Assembly: GCA_045602945.1 (NCBI GenBank)
Contig: JAZSCM010000003.1
Coordinates: 29,647 to 93,646 of the forward strand
Source of the DNA: Acutalibacteraceae bacterium
GTDB lineage: Bacteria > Bacillota > Clostridia > Oscillospirales > Acutalibacteraceae
DNA length: 64,000 bases
Reading direction: 5' to 3'
Below are positions 9,246 to 19,494 of this stretch, piece after piece. The translations under genes and the position numbers were made by a program. The notes under the pieces were generated by a model. The model was not told where the DNA came from. It made no database searches and saw nothing but the letters and a program-made list of their open reading frames with translations. How positions within the stretch are numbered: the first letter of the stretch is position 1; the number at the start of each line of letters is the position of its first letter.

Positions 9246-10001
9246 GTGACTAAAATATTACTTTCAGGCGCCTGCGGTATGATGGGCAAAAAAATTGCAG
9301 ACGTTGTATCAAAAAAGGATAATATGCAGATAGTTTGCGGTGTTGATATAGCACAGCAAATTTGCGACTTCCCTATTTACAACAGCTTTGATTCAATTAA
9401 AGAAACACCCGACGTTATAATAGATTTCTCGCACGTTTCGGTTTTAGAAAAACTGCTTAAATATGCTGTTGATAATAATATACCCTGTGTTATTGCTACC
9501 ACAGGCTTTTCGCAAGAGCAAATTTCTGCCATTAAGGAAGCATCTAAGAAAATTCCTATTTTCTTTACTGCAAATATGTCGCTCGGCGTAAATTTACTTT
9601 GTGCTTTAGCTTCAAAGGCGGCTAGTATCTTAGGCGATGATTTTGACGTTGAAATAATTGAAAAACACCACAATCAAAAGCTAGACGCTCCCTCGGGCAC
9701 CGCTCTGATGCTCGCAAATGCCGTAAATTCGCAGTTTGACGATTCATACGTTTATGAGTATGACCGCCACTCAAAGCGCCTTAAAAGGCCTAAAAAAGAG
9801 ATTGGTATTCATTCAATCCGCGGTGGCACAATCGTTGGCGAACACGACGTACTGTTTGCAGGCAGAGATGAAACCGTTACGCTTTCGCACTCGGCTACCT
9901 CAAAAGAGGTTTTTGCAGTGGGTGCAGTTAAGGCGGCAGAGTTTTTAAAGGATAAAGGCATTGGTCTTTACGATATGACCGACGTTCTCTCCTTTAACTA
10001 G
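9246..10001 (+). CDS. dapB: 4-hydroxy-tetrahydrodipicolinate reductase
   Basis: 251 aa with a GTG start. Motifs G..GRMG-like (GACGMMGK), E.HH..K.DAPSGTA and HS.R.G..VGEH are present. Confidence 0.93.
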   Translation: MTKILLSGACGMMGKKIADVVSKKDNMQIVCGVDIAQQICDFPIYNSFDSIKETPDVIIDFSHVSVLEKLLKYAVDNNIPCVIATTGFSQEQISAIKEASKKIPIFFTANMSLGVNLLCALASKAASILGDDFDVEIIEKHHNQKLDAPSGTALMLANAVNSQFDDSYVYEYDRHSKRLKRPKKEIGIHSIRGGTIVGEHDVLFAGRDETVTLSHSATSKEVFAVGAVKAAEFLKDKGIGLYDMTDVLSFN

Positions 10002-10019
10002 TTTAACAAAATATAATAA

Positions 10020-10063
10020 CCCCTCATATAATGTGTTAATCACACTATATGAGGGGTGTTTTT
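10020..10063 (+). terminator. intrinsic terminator after dapB
   Basis: 11-bp stem CCCCTCATATA / TATATGAGGGG followed by TGTTTTT. The right arm also contains the SD (GAGGGG) of the next gene. Confidence 0.65.
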
Positions 10064-10348
10064 ATGTCCGACTATTTAAATCCTATTACTAGTGAAACCG
10101 ACCTCTTATCCTACGAAAACTTTTTAAACGATATTAGGGAATTTGAAAACACCGATGATAAAAAGAATATTTTTGATAAGCTGATAGGAAAACGAATAAA
10201 TATAAAAATTTCAACCGATACAGGTTTATATTCATATTTCGGAGTTTTAAAAAGCGCTCAAAAAGAATATTTAGAGTTATGCCAAAAAGACGGCAGAAAG
10301 CTAATGATTTTAAAACCCGAATCGGTAGTATCAATCACAGTACTTTGA
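10064..10348 (+). CDS. hypothetical small protein
   Basis: 94 aa counted from ATG 10064. The track start at 10049 lies inside the terminator stem. No family recognised. Confidence 0.55.
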   Translation: MSDYLNPITSETDLLSYENFLNDIREFENTDDKKNIFDKLIGKRINIKISTDTGLYSYFGVLKSAQKEYLELCQKDGRKLMILKPESVVSITVL

Positions 10349-11236
10349 GCCTTGTAAAACGTTATTATCTTTAAACGCTTTATTTATTGAATTTAGCACG
10401 TTCTTTTTATCTGCCGACCAAAGCGGTGCTATAAGGTCTTTCTTTGCGCCGTCGCCCGTTAGTCTGTGAATTACTATATCTTTCGGCAAAATACTAATGC
10501 AATCTATTAAAATATCGGTATATTCTTCTAGTGTTAAGGTTTTAAATTTGCCTTTTAAATATTCGTCTGCTAAATCGGTGTTTTTTAGCACGTGTAAAAG
10601 CTGAAGTTTAATACCTGAAGCTCCGCTTTTGCCAACGTAAGAGACAGTTTGTAGCATCATTTCTTTGGTTTCATACGGCAGACCTAAAATTACGTGAACA
10701 ATAACCTCAACGCCTATTGATTTTAAATTTTTAACCGCATTATCAAAAACTGATAATTCATAACCGCGCCTTATATATTCTGCGGTTTTTTTGTGTATCG
10801 TTTGAAGTCCAAGTTCAACCCAAACAGGTTTAATTCTATTTAATTTTTTTAGTAAATTTAAAACCTCTTGCGGTAAACAATCGGGTCTAGTAGCAATAGA
10901 TAGCGCTACTATATCGGGATGATTAATTGCGGCTGTAAATATTTTTTTAAGATAGATAACGTCTGCATAGGTGTTTGTAAAATCCTGAAAATATGCAATA
11001 TATTTGCCGTCATTTATTTTACGCTCTACCCTTTTCTTTGCGTTTTCTATCTGCTTTGTTATATCGCCTGTATTCTTTTCGCAGAAAGTACCTGAGCCGT
11101 CGGCAGAGCAGAAAATACACCCTTTAGAGTGTATTTTGCCGTCCCTTACAGGACAGGTCATACCGCCTGAAAGCGCCAACTTATACACCTTACAGCCGAA
11201 AGTGTTTTTAAGATAACCGTTTAAACCATTATACAT
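10331..11236 (-). CDS. TIGR01212-family radical SAM protein
   Basis: 301 aa with the GMTCPVRDG....GCIFC cluster near the N-terminus, typical of TIGR01212. Confidence 0.85.
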   Translation of the reverse strand: MYNGLNGYLKNTFGCKVYKLALSGGMTCPVRDGKIHSKGCIFCSADGSGTFCEKNTGDITKQIENAKKRVERKINDGKYIAYFQDFTNTYADVIYLKKIFTAAINHPDIVALSIATRPDCLPQEVLNLLKKLNRIKPVWVELGLQTIHKKTAEYIRRGYELSVFDNAVKNLKSIGVEVIVHVILGLPYETKEMMLQTVSYVGKSGASGIKLQLLHVLKNTDLADEYLKGKFKTLTLEEYTDILIDCISILPKDIVIHRLTGDGAKKDLIAPLWSADKKNVLNSINKAFKDNNVLQGSKYCD

Positions 11237-11242
11237 AAAAAT

Positions 11243-11563
11243 CTACTTTCTGTAATAAGAGTAATAAGCAGTTATTACGTCATATTCGCCCGTAACGGTG
11301 TTTTGTCCCTCTAAGGTTACACCGTCGCCGCTAAGCAAAAGATAGTATTTACACTCTAGCGTTTTACAGCGAAAAACGTCTATCTCGCCGCAAATCACTC
11401 GGATTTCATCACCAATTTCGGCAATTCTTCCCTCTTTACCCGCTATTACGTGCTTAACGTTGCCGTCTGCATCGGTTACTCGCCTTGTAACGTACTTAAC
11501 TATTCGCCCGTCAAAGCATTTTAGCACGTCCGGGTTTTCTTTTTTCTTTTTGAATAAGAACAT
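11243..11563 (-). CDS. hypothetical protein
   Basis: 106 aa counted from ATG 11563. The track start at 11578 would overlap the tyrS stop. No family recognised. Confidence 0.55.
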   Translation of the reverse strand: MFLFKKKKENPDVLKCFDGRIVKYVTRRVTDADGNVKHVIAGKEGRIAEIGDEIRVICGEIDVFRCKTLECKYYLLLSGDGVTLEGQNTVTGEYDVITAYYSYYRK

Positions 11564-11567
11564 TTTA

Positions 11568-12788
11568 TTAAACCACAAACTTAATAATTACCTTTTTACC
11601 CTTTTTAACGATGACGCCGTCGGTGAAGTTTTCAAGCGCTATTGTGTGTGTAGCGTTGGTGATTTTCTCGTCGTCCACACTAACGCCGCCTTGCTGAACC
11701 AGTCTTCTTGCCTCTCCGTTAGAGGATGCTAGACCGCCCTTTACCATAAGGGTTAAAATACCGATTTTGCCGTCTGTAAAATCAGAAGCTTCAAGATTTA
11801 CAGTTGGCATATTATCGTGGATACCTGCACCAGAGAATACTGCGCGTGAGGTTTCCTGAGCCTTGGTTGCTTCTTCCTCACCGTGAACTAGTTTTGTAAG
11901 TTCAAATGCCAAGATTTCCTTAGCGGTGTTAAGCTGTGAGCCTTCCCAAGCGTCCATCTTGTCAATTTCTTCAAGCGGTAAGAATGTAAGCATACGAATA
12001 CACTTTAAAACGTCGGCATCGGCAACGTTGCGCCAATACTGATAGAATTCATAAGGAGAGGTCTTTTCAGGGTCAAGCCATACAGCGCCGCCAACGGTTT
12101 TACCCATCTTCTTACCTTCGGAGTTAAGAAGTAAAGTAATGGTCATTGCATACGCATCTTTAGAAAGTTTCTTTCTTATAAGCTCGGTACCGCCTAACAT
12201 ATTTGACCACTGGTCGTCACCGCCAAACTGCATATTACAGCCGTATTCCTTAAATAGATGATAGAAGTCGTAGCTTTGCATTATCATATAGTTAAATTCA
12301 AGGAAGGAAAGGCCTTTTTCCATTCTCTGCTTGTAGCACTCTGCTCTTAACATATTGTTAACCGAGAAGCACGCGCCAACGTCGCGAAGCATATCGATAT
12401 AATTAAGTTTTAGTAGCCAATCGGCATTATTTACCATTTGAGCCTTGCCCTCGCCAAACTCGATAAAGCGGCTCATCTGCTTTTTAAAGCAATCGCAGTT
12501 ATGCTGAATTTGTTCAGGTGTCATCATTGAACGCATATCGGTTCTGCCTGATGGGTCGCCGATATAACCTGTGCCGCCGCCAATAAGAGCTATCGGCTTA
12601 TTTCCTGCCATCTGCAGTCTCTTCATAAGGCAAAGCGCCATAAAGTGACCAACGTGCAGACTGTCAGCCGTAGGGTCAAAGCCGATATAGAATACAGCCT
12701 CGCCGTTGTTGATTAAATCCTTAATTTCCTTTTCGTCTGTTACCTGTGCAATAAGACCTCTGGCAACTAACTCCTCATAAATTTTCAT
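11568..12788 (-). CDS. tyrS: tyrosine--tRNA ligase
   Basis: 406 aa with a HIGH motif (HVGH), a KMSKS-like motif (KMGKT) and a C-terminal S4 domain. Confidence 0.95.
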   Translation of the reverse strand: MKIYEELVARGLIAQVTDEKEIKDLINNGEAVFYIGFDPTADSLHVGHFMALCLMKRLQMAGNKPIALIGGGTGYIGDPSGRTDMRSMMTPEQIQHNCDCFKKQMSRFIEFGEGKAQMVNNADWLLKLNYIDMLRDVGACFSVNNMLRAECYKQRMEKGLSFLEFNYMIMQSYDFYHLFKEYGCNMQFGGDDQWSNMLGGTELIRKKLSKDAYAMTITLLLNSEGKKMGKTVGGAVWLDPEKTSPYEFYQYWRNVADADVLKCIRMLTFLPLEEIDKMDAWEGSQLNTAKEILAFELTKLVHGEEEATKAQETSRAVFSGAGIHDNMPTVNLEASDFTDGKIGILTLMVKGGLASSNGEARRLVQQGGVSVDDEKITNATHTIALENFTDGVIVKKGKKVIIKFVV

Positions 12789-14448
12789 ATTTTAGACCTC
12801 CGTCAAGTAATTCTTTTGCTGAATTGTATAGATTTGATGTTATATCTTCACCCGACATTATTCGGGCAATTTCATTAATTCTTTGCTCGTATGTAAGCGA
12901 AGAAACCTCTGTATAAGTTCTGTCATTCTTGACTGCCTTTGATATTTTAAGATGGTTTAAACCAAAGGCACAAATCTGCGCTAGGTGTGTAACGCACACA
13001 ACCTGTCTTGATTTTGAAACCTCTTTTAGCATCCTGCCTACTTTACCTGCCGCCTGACCGCTGACACCTGTGTCAACCTCGTCGAAAACAAGTGTATCCA
13101 CGTCGTCCTTATCGGCAAGCACCGCCTTTATGGCTAACATTATTCTTGATAGCTCACCGCCTGATGCTATTTTAGACAGCGGCTTCAAATCCTCGCCTAC
13201 GTTTGTACTTATTAAAAACTCAACCGTATCACAGCCAAGCTTTGTATATCTGCCTTTTGTTATATTTACCTTAAAGCAGATATTTGGCATATCAAGATAT
13301 TTAAGCTGTTCGGTAACCTTATTAGAAAAGTCAAGCGCCGTTTTGTTACGGCTTTCACTTAAAACTTCAGCAAGTGTAATTAGTCTTTCGGTTGATTTAT
13401 CGAGTTCAAGACCTAATTCATTTGCCCTTTGCTCAGAAAGTTCTATTGTTTCAAGCTCTTTTTGTGAGTCTTCTAAGCGCTTTAATAATTTTTCTTCGCT
13501 GTCGCCGTATTTTAGCATTAATCGGTAGATTAAATCAAGTCTGTCGCTAATCTCATCGGTATTTAGATTTTCACCGCTAAGACTAGCCGCGGTGTTTCTT
13601 AAATCAACGCCGATTTCATCAAGCAAGGTACAAGCCTCTAAGAGTTTTTGTTCTATATTGTTAAAGTTATCGTCATCAAAAGGCCTTAGTACCTTTGCGG
13701 CATTTTGAAGCATTGATATTGCACCGTCGGAACTCTCGTCACCCGAAATCGAGGCATAAGAAGTAGCCAACGCTTCCCTCATTTTATTAAGGTTTCTTGC
13801 GATTTCTAATTTTTTCTTAAGTTCGTCCGCTTCACCGATACGTATATTAGCGTCAGATAGTTCCTTAATTTCAAAGCTTAAAAGGTCAATTTTGCGGCGC
13901 TTTTCGTCCTCATCGGTTTCAATAGACTGTAACTGCTTACGAACAGAGTTTAAATACTTAAATTCTTTATAATAATCGTCAATCAATTTGCTGTTTTCTG
14001 CCAGTCTATCAATATATAAATAGTGGTTATCGGGATTTAAAAGTCCCTGATTATCGTGCTGACCGTGAATGTTTACAAGGTTTTTGCAAATGTTCTTAAG
14101 AATACCCACCGTTGCGGATTTGCCGTTAATTTTAACCGTTCCGTTACCTGTAAGGCTAAGCGTTCTAAGGATTAACAGTTCACCGTCTGTCACTTCATAA
14201 CCGTTTTCCTCTAAAAGCTTTATATCATCGCCCGATAAATCGCAAAACAGCGCCGAAACCTCTGCCTTGTCACAACCCTTTCTAATAAGGTCCTTAGAGG
14301 TTCTCTCGCCCAGTACCGCATTTAGCGAATCAATGATTATGGATTTTCCTGCACCCGTTTCACCGGTTAAAACGTTAAAGCCTTTAGAAAAATCAATATC
14401 AGCCTTTTCGATAACAGCAATATTTTCAATATGCAAATATTTTAGCAT
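12775..14448 (-). CDS. recN: DNA repair protein RecN
   Basis: 557 aa with Walker A GETGAGKS, a long coiled coil and a C-terminal SGGE..R signature with FDEVD. Confidence 0.95.
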   Translation of the reverse strand: MLKYLHIENIAVIEKADIDFSKGFNVLTGETGAGKSIIIDSLNAVLGERTSKDLIRKGCDKAEVSALFCDLSGDDIKLLEENGYEVTDGELLILRTLSLTGNGTVKINGKSATVGILKNICKNLVNIHGQHDNQGLLNPDNHYLYIDRLAENSKLIDDYYKEFKYLNSVRKQLQSIETDEDEKRRKIDLLSFEIKELSDANIRIGEADELKKKLEIARNLNKMREALATSYASISGDESSDGAISMLQNAAKVLRPFDDDNFNNIEQKLLEACTLLDEIGVDLRNTAASLSGENLNTDEISDRLDLIYRLMLKYGDSEEKLLKRLEDSQKELETIELSEQRANELGLELDKSTERLITLAEVLSESRNKTALDFSNKVTEQLKYLDMPNICFKVNITKGRYTKLGCDTVEFLISTNVGEDLKPLSKIASGGELSRIMLAIKAVLADKDDVDTLVFDEVDTGVSGQAAGKVGRMLKEVSKSRQVVCVTHLAQICAFGLNHLKISKAVKNDRTYTEVSSLTYEQRINEIARIMSGEDITSNLYNSAKELLDGGLKYENL

Positions 14449-14460
14449 AATTTTTCACCG

Positions 14461-14913
14461 TTAAATTAATTTTTTAATTTCATTTGTAAGCGCTACTGCT
14501 TCCTGAGTGCTGTGTGTAACTATAAAAATGGTATCGTCACCTGCAATTGAGCCTAACATACTTGAAGAAAAAATACTGTCAACCGCAACGCAAACGCTTG
14601 AAGCCATACCTGTATAACACTTAATAACAACGTCGTTCATAGCAGAATTTACGGATTTTACCGACGAACTAATTAAAGAACGGTAGTTGGCTAAAGGCTG
14701 GTCGGTGTTGCCCTGACGTTCAGCGCAAACGTATCTATAATATCCGTTTTCGTCATGGTCCTTTACTAGCTTTAATTCTCTTATATCTCTTGAAACGGTA
14801 GACTGTGTAACGTTAAAGCCGAAGGATAAAAGTGCATTTTGCAAATCGTCTTGTGTCACTATGATTTGTTCTTTAATAATTGATAGAATTTTTTCCTGTC
14901 TTTTATTTTTCAT
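14461..14913 (-). CDS. argR: arginine repressor
   Basis: 150 aa counted from ATG 14913 (AAGGAG 8 nt upstream). Winged-helix N-terminus (TQ..L...L...G...TQ.T.SRD) and C-terminal GTI.GDDT. Confidence 0.9.
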   Translation of the reverse strand: MKNKRQEKILSIIKEQIIVTQDDLQNALLSFGFNVTQSTVSRDIRELKLVKDHDENGYYRYVCAERQGNTDQPLANYRSLISSSVKSVNSAMNDVVIKCYTGMASSVCVAVDSIFSSSMLGSIAGDDTIFIVTHSTQEAVALTNEIKKLI

Positions 14914-15769
14914 TGCTACCACTCCTTACGTCGAGAAATTTTACTGAAAGCGTTTTAAAGAACGAACGCTCACATAGTCTTACAAGCTTTACGCAATCCA
15001 AAGCCTTAGTAATTACAATCTTGGTATTAGGTTTAACGTTTGCAACCTTTCTGCCGTCAACCGAAAGATAAATTTCGGTGCGCTTTTTGGAATAGGCTTT
15101 TAAAACAACCTCTTTGTCGCCGTTTAAAAGTATCGGCTTTGCTGACAAGGAATGTGAACAAATAGGTGTAAGCCCGATACTCTCTGAACTAGGGTCGATA
15201 ATAGGACCGCCTGCCGACATTGAATAAGCCGTAGAGCCTGTAGGAGTTGAAACTATAAGTCCGTCTGCCCTGTATTTTATACTGTCGCCCTTAACAAAAG
15301 CCGAAATATCAATAATTCTTGAAATAAATCCGCTTGTAATCACGGCATCGTTAAGCGCTGTATATTCATTTAAAAGGGTGTCGCCGTCAAAAACCTTAAC
15401 CGATAGCATCATTCGGTTTTCAATGGTGTAGTCCCCTGTTTTAAGCTTAGCCAACAGTTTATATTCATTCTGCTCAATATTGGCTAAATAACCCATTCTT
15501 CCCGCATTTATTCCGACTATTGCCTTGTTGTATTTAGCAGCCTTTTTTGAGTATCGCATAATTGTACCGTCACCGCCGATAGTAACGATAACGTCGGCTA
15601 CCTCGAACAATTTATCCTCGGGCAGAGGTTCAAAATTCGAACAGCAAATGGTATCGGGCGCATACGCGGTTATATCGTTTTCCTTAAAGAAAACGCCTAG
15701 TTTTTCAAGGGTTTCCGAAGCACCCCACTTATCAAGATTGGGTAAAACCGAAACTATCATTAATTTCAC
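14903..15769 (-). CDS. nadK: NAD kinase
   Basis: 288 aa with the GGDGT and TPTGSTAY motifs. Confidence 0.93.
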   Translation of the reverse strand: MKLMIVSVLPNLDKWGASETLEKLGVFFKENDITAYAPDTICCSNFEPLPEDKLFEVADVIVTIGGDGTIMRYSKKAAKYNKAIVGINAGRMGYLANIEQNEYKLLAKLKTGDYTIENRMMLSVKVFDGDTLLNEYTALNDAVITSGFISRIIDISAFVKGDSIKYRADGLIVSTPTGSTAYSMSAGGPIIDPSSESIGLTPICSHSLSAKPILLNGDKEVVLKAYSKKRTEIYLSVDGRKVANVKPNTKIVITKALDCVKLVRLCERSFFKTLSVKFLDVRSGSNEK

Positions 15770-16575
15770 TCCTTTAACGCCGAATACGAGGCATCAACCA
15801 AAGCCCCAACGTTTAAATCAATTAAAACTTGCGGATTTTCACTTTTTTCAATATAACATAAATATTCAATATTTCCCTCAGGTCCCTTAACAGGTGAAAA
15901 ATCAAGACCTAAAAGCGAAAAGTTGTTTTCGTTTATTAAACCGATTATCTTCTCAATAACCGCAATATGTACGTTTCTATCCCTTACGACACCCTTTTTG
16001 CCGACGTTTTCCTTACCCGCCTCAAACTGCGGCTTAATAAGGCAAACTGCTCTGCCGTTTTCCTTTAAAAGCGTCCGCATAACAGGAAGAATATGAGATA
16101 AAGAGATAAATGAAACATCAACCGAAGCAAAGTCAAGCGCATCGGGTACCTGCTCGGTTGTTACGTATCTGAAATTTGTGCGCTCAAGGTTTACTACGCG
16201 CTCGTCGGTACGCAGTTTCCAGGCTAGTTGACCGTAACCTACGTCAATAGCATAAACCTTTTCAGCACCGTTTTGAAGCATACAATCGGTAAAGCCGCCT
16301 GTGGATGCGCCGATATCAGCACAAATAAAACCGTCTAATACTAAACCAAAAGAGGAAACGGCTTTTTCAAGCTTTAAACCGCCGCGGCTAACGTATTTTA
16401 AGGTAGCGCCTCTAACCTCAACCTTGTCGTTAAGTCTTACGGTATCGCCCGCTTTGTCGCATTTTTGGTTATTTACAAAAACTATTCCCGACATTATAAG
16501 TGCTTTTGCCTTTTCGCGTGTTTCACAAAAGCCTAGTTCTACTAATTTTAAATCAAGTCGTTGTTTTTCTGCCAT
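15766..16575 (-). CDS. tlyA: TlyA-family rRNA (cytidine-2'-O)-methyltransferase
   Basis: 269 aa with an N-terminal S4 domain and the FtsJ-type SAM site DIGASTGGFTD. Confidence 0.9.
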   Translation of the reverse strand: MAEKQRLDLKLVELGFCETREKAKALIMSGIVFVNNQKCDKAGDTVRLNDKVEVRGATLKYVSRGGLKLEKAVSSFGLVLDGFICADIGASTGGFTDCMLQNGAEKVYAIDVGYGQLAWKLRTDERVVNLERTNFRYVTTEQVPDALDFASVDVSFISLSHILPVMRTLLKENGRAVCLIKPQFEAGKENVGKKGVVRDRNVHIAVIEKIIGLINENNFSLLGLDFSPVKGPEGNIEYLCYIEKSENPQVLIDLNVGALVDASYSALKE

Positions 16576-16580
16576 AAACT

Positions 16581-18407
16581 TTATTCGCCGACAATTTCCA
16601 GTATTGAATCAAGGTCAAAATTATATTTTTTAAGGGATGAAGAAACCTTAGCGCTGGATACAAACTCACCCTCGATAGCGTTTATATAAAATTCGCCTGA
16701 AAATTTTGATTCTAGTAGCCTTGAAGCAATATGTTCAGCTATGCCGCCGCTTCTTATTCCCTCCTCGAAAAAGTATATTTTTTTGTATTTTTTAAGTGTA
16801 TCAATCAAACAGTCACTAACAGGAAAAATCTTATTTAGTTTTATAATATCCGCCGTTTTTTTACTGTTTAGTGCATCGTAAACGTTGCAAAAGGCTCTGC
16901 CATAGCTTACAACCGCCGTTTGCGAACTATTGTCAATTACCGTAAATTCGCCGCTTAAATCAAGCTCATAACTTTGAGGTCCCGTACCTCTTGGATATCT
17001 GATAGCCGCAAGTTCTAAATTTTGCGAAGTCTTTATAATCTGATTTTTAAGTTCGTCATAACAAGACGGAGAATATATATTGATATTTGGAATTGTGGAT
17101 AAAAAAGGCACGTCGAAAATTCCTTGATGGGTTTCTCCGTCCTCACCTACAATACCTGCTCTGTCAATTAATATTTTAAGCGGTAAATTAGCAATTGCCG
17201 CATCGTGAATAATCTGGTCGTATGCTCTTTGTAAAAAGGTGGAATAAACCGCAAAGAAAGGCACCATTCCTCCTCGTGTCAGTCCCGCCGAAAAGGTAAG
17301 AGCATGTTGCTCGGCAATACCCACGTCAAAAAATCTATTTGGGAATTCATTTGCAAAATCCGATAATCCCGTGCCCGACTTCATAGCGGCTGTAACCGCA
17401 CAAATTTTACTGTTTTCTCGGGCCAATTCGCAAAGTGTATCTCCCGCTACGTCGGAAAAGGTCTTAATATTACTTGATACCGTACCTTGTGACGTATCAA
17501 AAGGCGAAACACCGTGATAATCCTTAGGCTTGCTTTCTGCAAAGGTATAACCCTTACCCTTTGTGGTAATTACGTGCACTAAGGACGGTCTATTATAATT
17601 TTTCGCAACGTTTAAAAGCTTTTCTACTGCTGCAATATCGTGACCGTCTACTGGACCTAAATAGTTAAATCCAAGGTCAGCAAAAACGTTGTGTCTATAA
17701 ACAATTGATTTGATAAGCTCTTTAAATTTGAAAATTCCGTTATAAAGCTTATCGCCAATAAGCGGAATTTTGGCTAAAAGCTTTGTAACCGCAAATTTAA
17801 AATCGTGATATTTTGGTCGGTTGCGGAGTTTAGTAAACGAACGGGAAAGTGCGCCGACGTTACGGGAAATTGACATTTTATTATCGTTTAGTATTACGAT
17901 AAAATTGCCTTTGGTATGACCGCAATTATTAAGCGCCTCATAAGACAAACCGCCTGTCATAGCGCCGTCACCGATTACAGCAACAGCCGTACCCGACTCG
18001 CCTGAAAGTACTTTTGCTTTATATATACCGTAAGCCGAAGAAACCGAGGTGCTGCTGTGACCTGTAACCACAGGGTCGTGAATACTCTCAACAGGTTTCA
18101 TATAACCCGATATACCGCCTTCGGTTCTAATGGTCGAAAAGTTTTCAAATCTTCCCGTTAAAAGTTTATGCGCGTAAGCCTGATGACCTACGTCAAACAC
18201 GATAGCATCGGTTGGCGAGGAAAACGCTCTATGAATAGCAACAGTGAGTTCTATAGTACCAAGGTTTGAGGCTAAATGTCCGCCGTTTTTAGAAACAGTT
18301 TCGATAATAATATCGCGCATCTCATCACAAAGTACATTAAGCTCTGCATTATTTAGTTTTTTTACGTCGTCAGGGCTTTTTATACCGCTTAGAATTTTAT
18401 ATTCCAA
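16581..18407 (-). CDS. dxs: 1-deoxy-D-xylulose-5-phosphate synthase
   Basis: 608 aa with GGHL.S.LG, the ThDP motif GDGA.TGG and the DR.G.VG.DG.TH motif. Confidence 0.95.
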   Translation of the reverse strand: MEYKILSGIKSPDDVKKLNNAELNVLCDEMRDIIIETVSKNGGHLASNLGTIELTVAIHRAFSSPTDAIVFDVGHQAYAHKLLTGRFENFSTIRTEGGISGYMKPVESIHDPVVTGHSSTSVSSAYGIYKAKVLSGESGTAVAVIGDGAMTGGLSYEALNNCGHTKGNFIVILNDNKMSISRNVGALSRSFTKLRNRPKYHDFKFAVTKLLAKIPLIGDKLYNGIFKFKELIKSIVYRHNVFADLGFNYLGPVDGHDIAAVEKLLNVAKNYNRPSLVHVITTKGKGYTFAESKPKDYHGVSPFDTSQGTVSSNIKTFSDVAGDTLCELARENSKICAVTAAMKSGTGLSDFANEFPNRFFDVGIAEQHALTFSAGLTRGGMVPFFAVYSTFLQRAYDQIIHDAAIANLPLKILIDRAGIVGEDGETHQGIFDVPFLSTIPNINIYSPSCYDELKNQIIKTSQNLELAAIRYPRGTGPQSYELDLSGEFTVIDNSSQTAVVSYGRAFCNVYDALNSKKTADIIKLNKIFPVSDCLIDTLKKYKKIYFFEEGIRSGGIAEHIASRLLESKFSGEFYINAIEGEFVSSAKVSSSLKKYNFDLDSILEIVGE

Positions 18408-18419
18408 AATAAAACTTCC

Positions 18420-19298
18420 TTAATAATCTCTTTGTAATAAAAACTGTGTCAGTTCCTTTAAAAAGGTTGTATCACCGTCAAATAACTCGAGAGTGCCAAG
18501 CGCTTCTTCGGTTAATTCTTTGGCCTTATTTCGTGCATTATCAATACCGACTTTTTTAGCATACGTAACTTTTCCGTTTTTATCGTCACTACCCACAGGC
18601 TTTCCGAGAACAGCCTCGTCGCCCGTTGCATCTAAAATATCATCAATTATTTGAAATGCAAAGCCTAGCTTCCTTGCATAAGTTTCTGCATTTTTAATTT
18701 GATTATCATCAGCACCCGCAAGTATTGCGCCGCAAACCGTAGCCGCTTTAATTAAGCAACCCGTTTTAAGCTCATACATCTGAAGCGTTAACTCTAAACC
18801 TTCAAATGCTTTTCCGGTTATATCCATAACCTGACCGCCAATCATTCCGTTAGCACCCGCACACTCTGCTAAAAACTTCGCGGCTTTTACCACTCTGTCA
18901 CTCGGAATGTTCTCAGTTTGCATAGCAACTAAGAACGCTTCGGTAAGCAGAGTATCGCCTGCAAGAAGTGCTATATCCTCCGAAAACTGCTTGTGGCAAG
19001 AGGGTTTGCCTCTGCGAAAGTCGTCATCATCCATACAGGGTAAATCATCGTGAATTAATGAATAGGAATGTATCATTTCAAGGGCACAGGCAAAGTTATA
19101 GACTAAATCGCCCTTTCCTCCGCAGAGCTTATAAAACTCTAGCATCAAAATAGGTCTAATACGTTTGCCGCTGTTTAAAAGGCTATAACGAGATGCATCA
19201 AAAATTACCTCGTAGCCTTGACCCTTTTGTGAAAGAAATTTATTCAGGTTTCTCTCGATTTCAAATTGATACGTCCTGAATTTATCGTTAAAGTTCAT
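18420..19298 (-). CDS. ispA: polyprenyl (farnesyl) diphosphate synthase
   Basis: 292 aa with the two Asp-rich motifs DDLPCMDDDD..RG and FQI.DDILD. Confidence 0.9.
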   Translation of the reverse strand: MNFNDKFRTYQFEIERNLNKFLSQKGQGYEVIFDASRYSLLNSGKRIRPILMLEFYKLCGGKGDLVYNFACALEMIHSYSLIHDDLPCMDDDDFRRGKPSCHKQFSEDIALLAGDTLLTEAFLVAMQTENIPSDRVVKAAKFLAECAGANGMIGGQVMDITGKAFEGLELTLQMYELKTGCLIKAATVCGAILAGADDNQIKNAETYARKLGFAFQIIDDILDATGDEAVLGKPVGSDDKNGKVTYAKKVGIDNARNKAKELTEEALGTLELFDGDTTFLKELTQFLLQRDY

Positions 19299-19302
19299 AA
19301 AA

Positions 19303-19494
19303 TTACTCCGCTTCGGTTAATTTTGTTATCTTTTGCTTTGCGAGTTCCAATTTTTCGCTACACTTATTAGAAAGCTCAATACCCTTTTCAAAAAGCAAAA
19401 TCGCTTGATCTAAAGAAACGTCACCCTTTTCTAGCTCGGCAACGGTTTTTTCCAGTTCTTTAAGTAACTGCTCAAAATTATCGTTATTAGTCAT
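19303..19494 (-). CDS. xseB: exodeoxyribonuclease VII small subunit
   Basis: 63 aa counted from the internal ATG 19494 (MTNNDNFEQLLKELE..). It overlaps the xseA stop by 8 nt. The track ORF is extended upstream. Confidence 0.9.
   Translation of the reverse strand: MTNNDNFEQLLKELEKTVAELEKGDVSLDQAILLFEKGIELSNKCSEKLELAKQKITKLTEAE

Noticed and set aside
13070-13528. 152-aa plus-strand ORF inside recN. The same applies to similar antisense ORFs at 1671-1868, 2268-2717, 4973-5454, 9377-9673, 16301-16633, 20166-20414, 22606-23016, 24654-25058, 27381-27698, 32496-32777, 38232-38522, 55089-56387, 61244-62106 and elsewhere.
   Set aside because: These are shadow ORFs on the strand opposite strongly supported genes. 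They are Ser/Leu/Ile-rich and low-complexity, with no SD or family resemblance.
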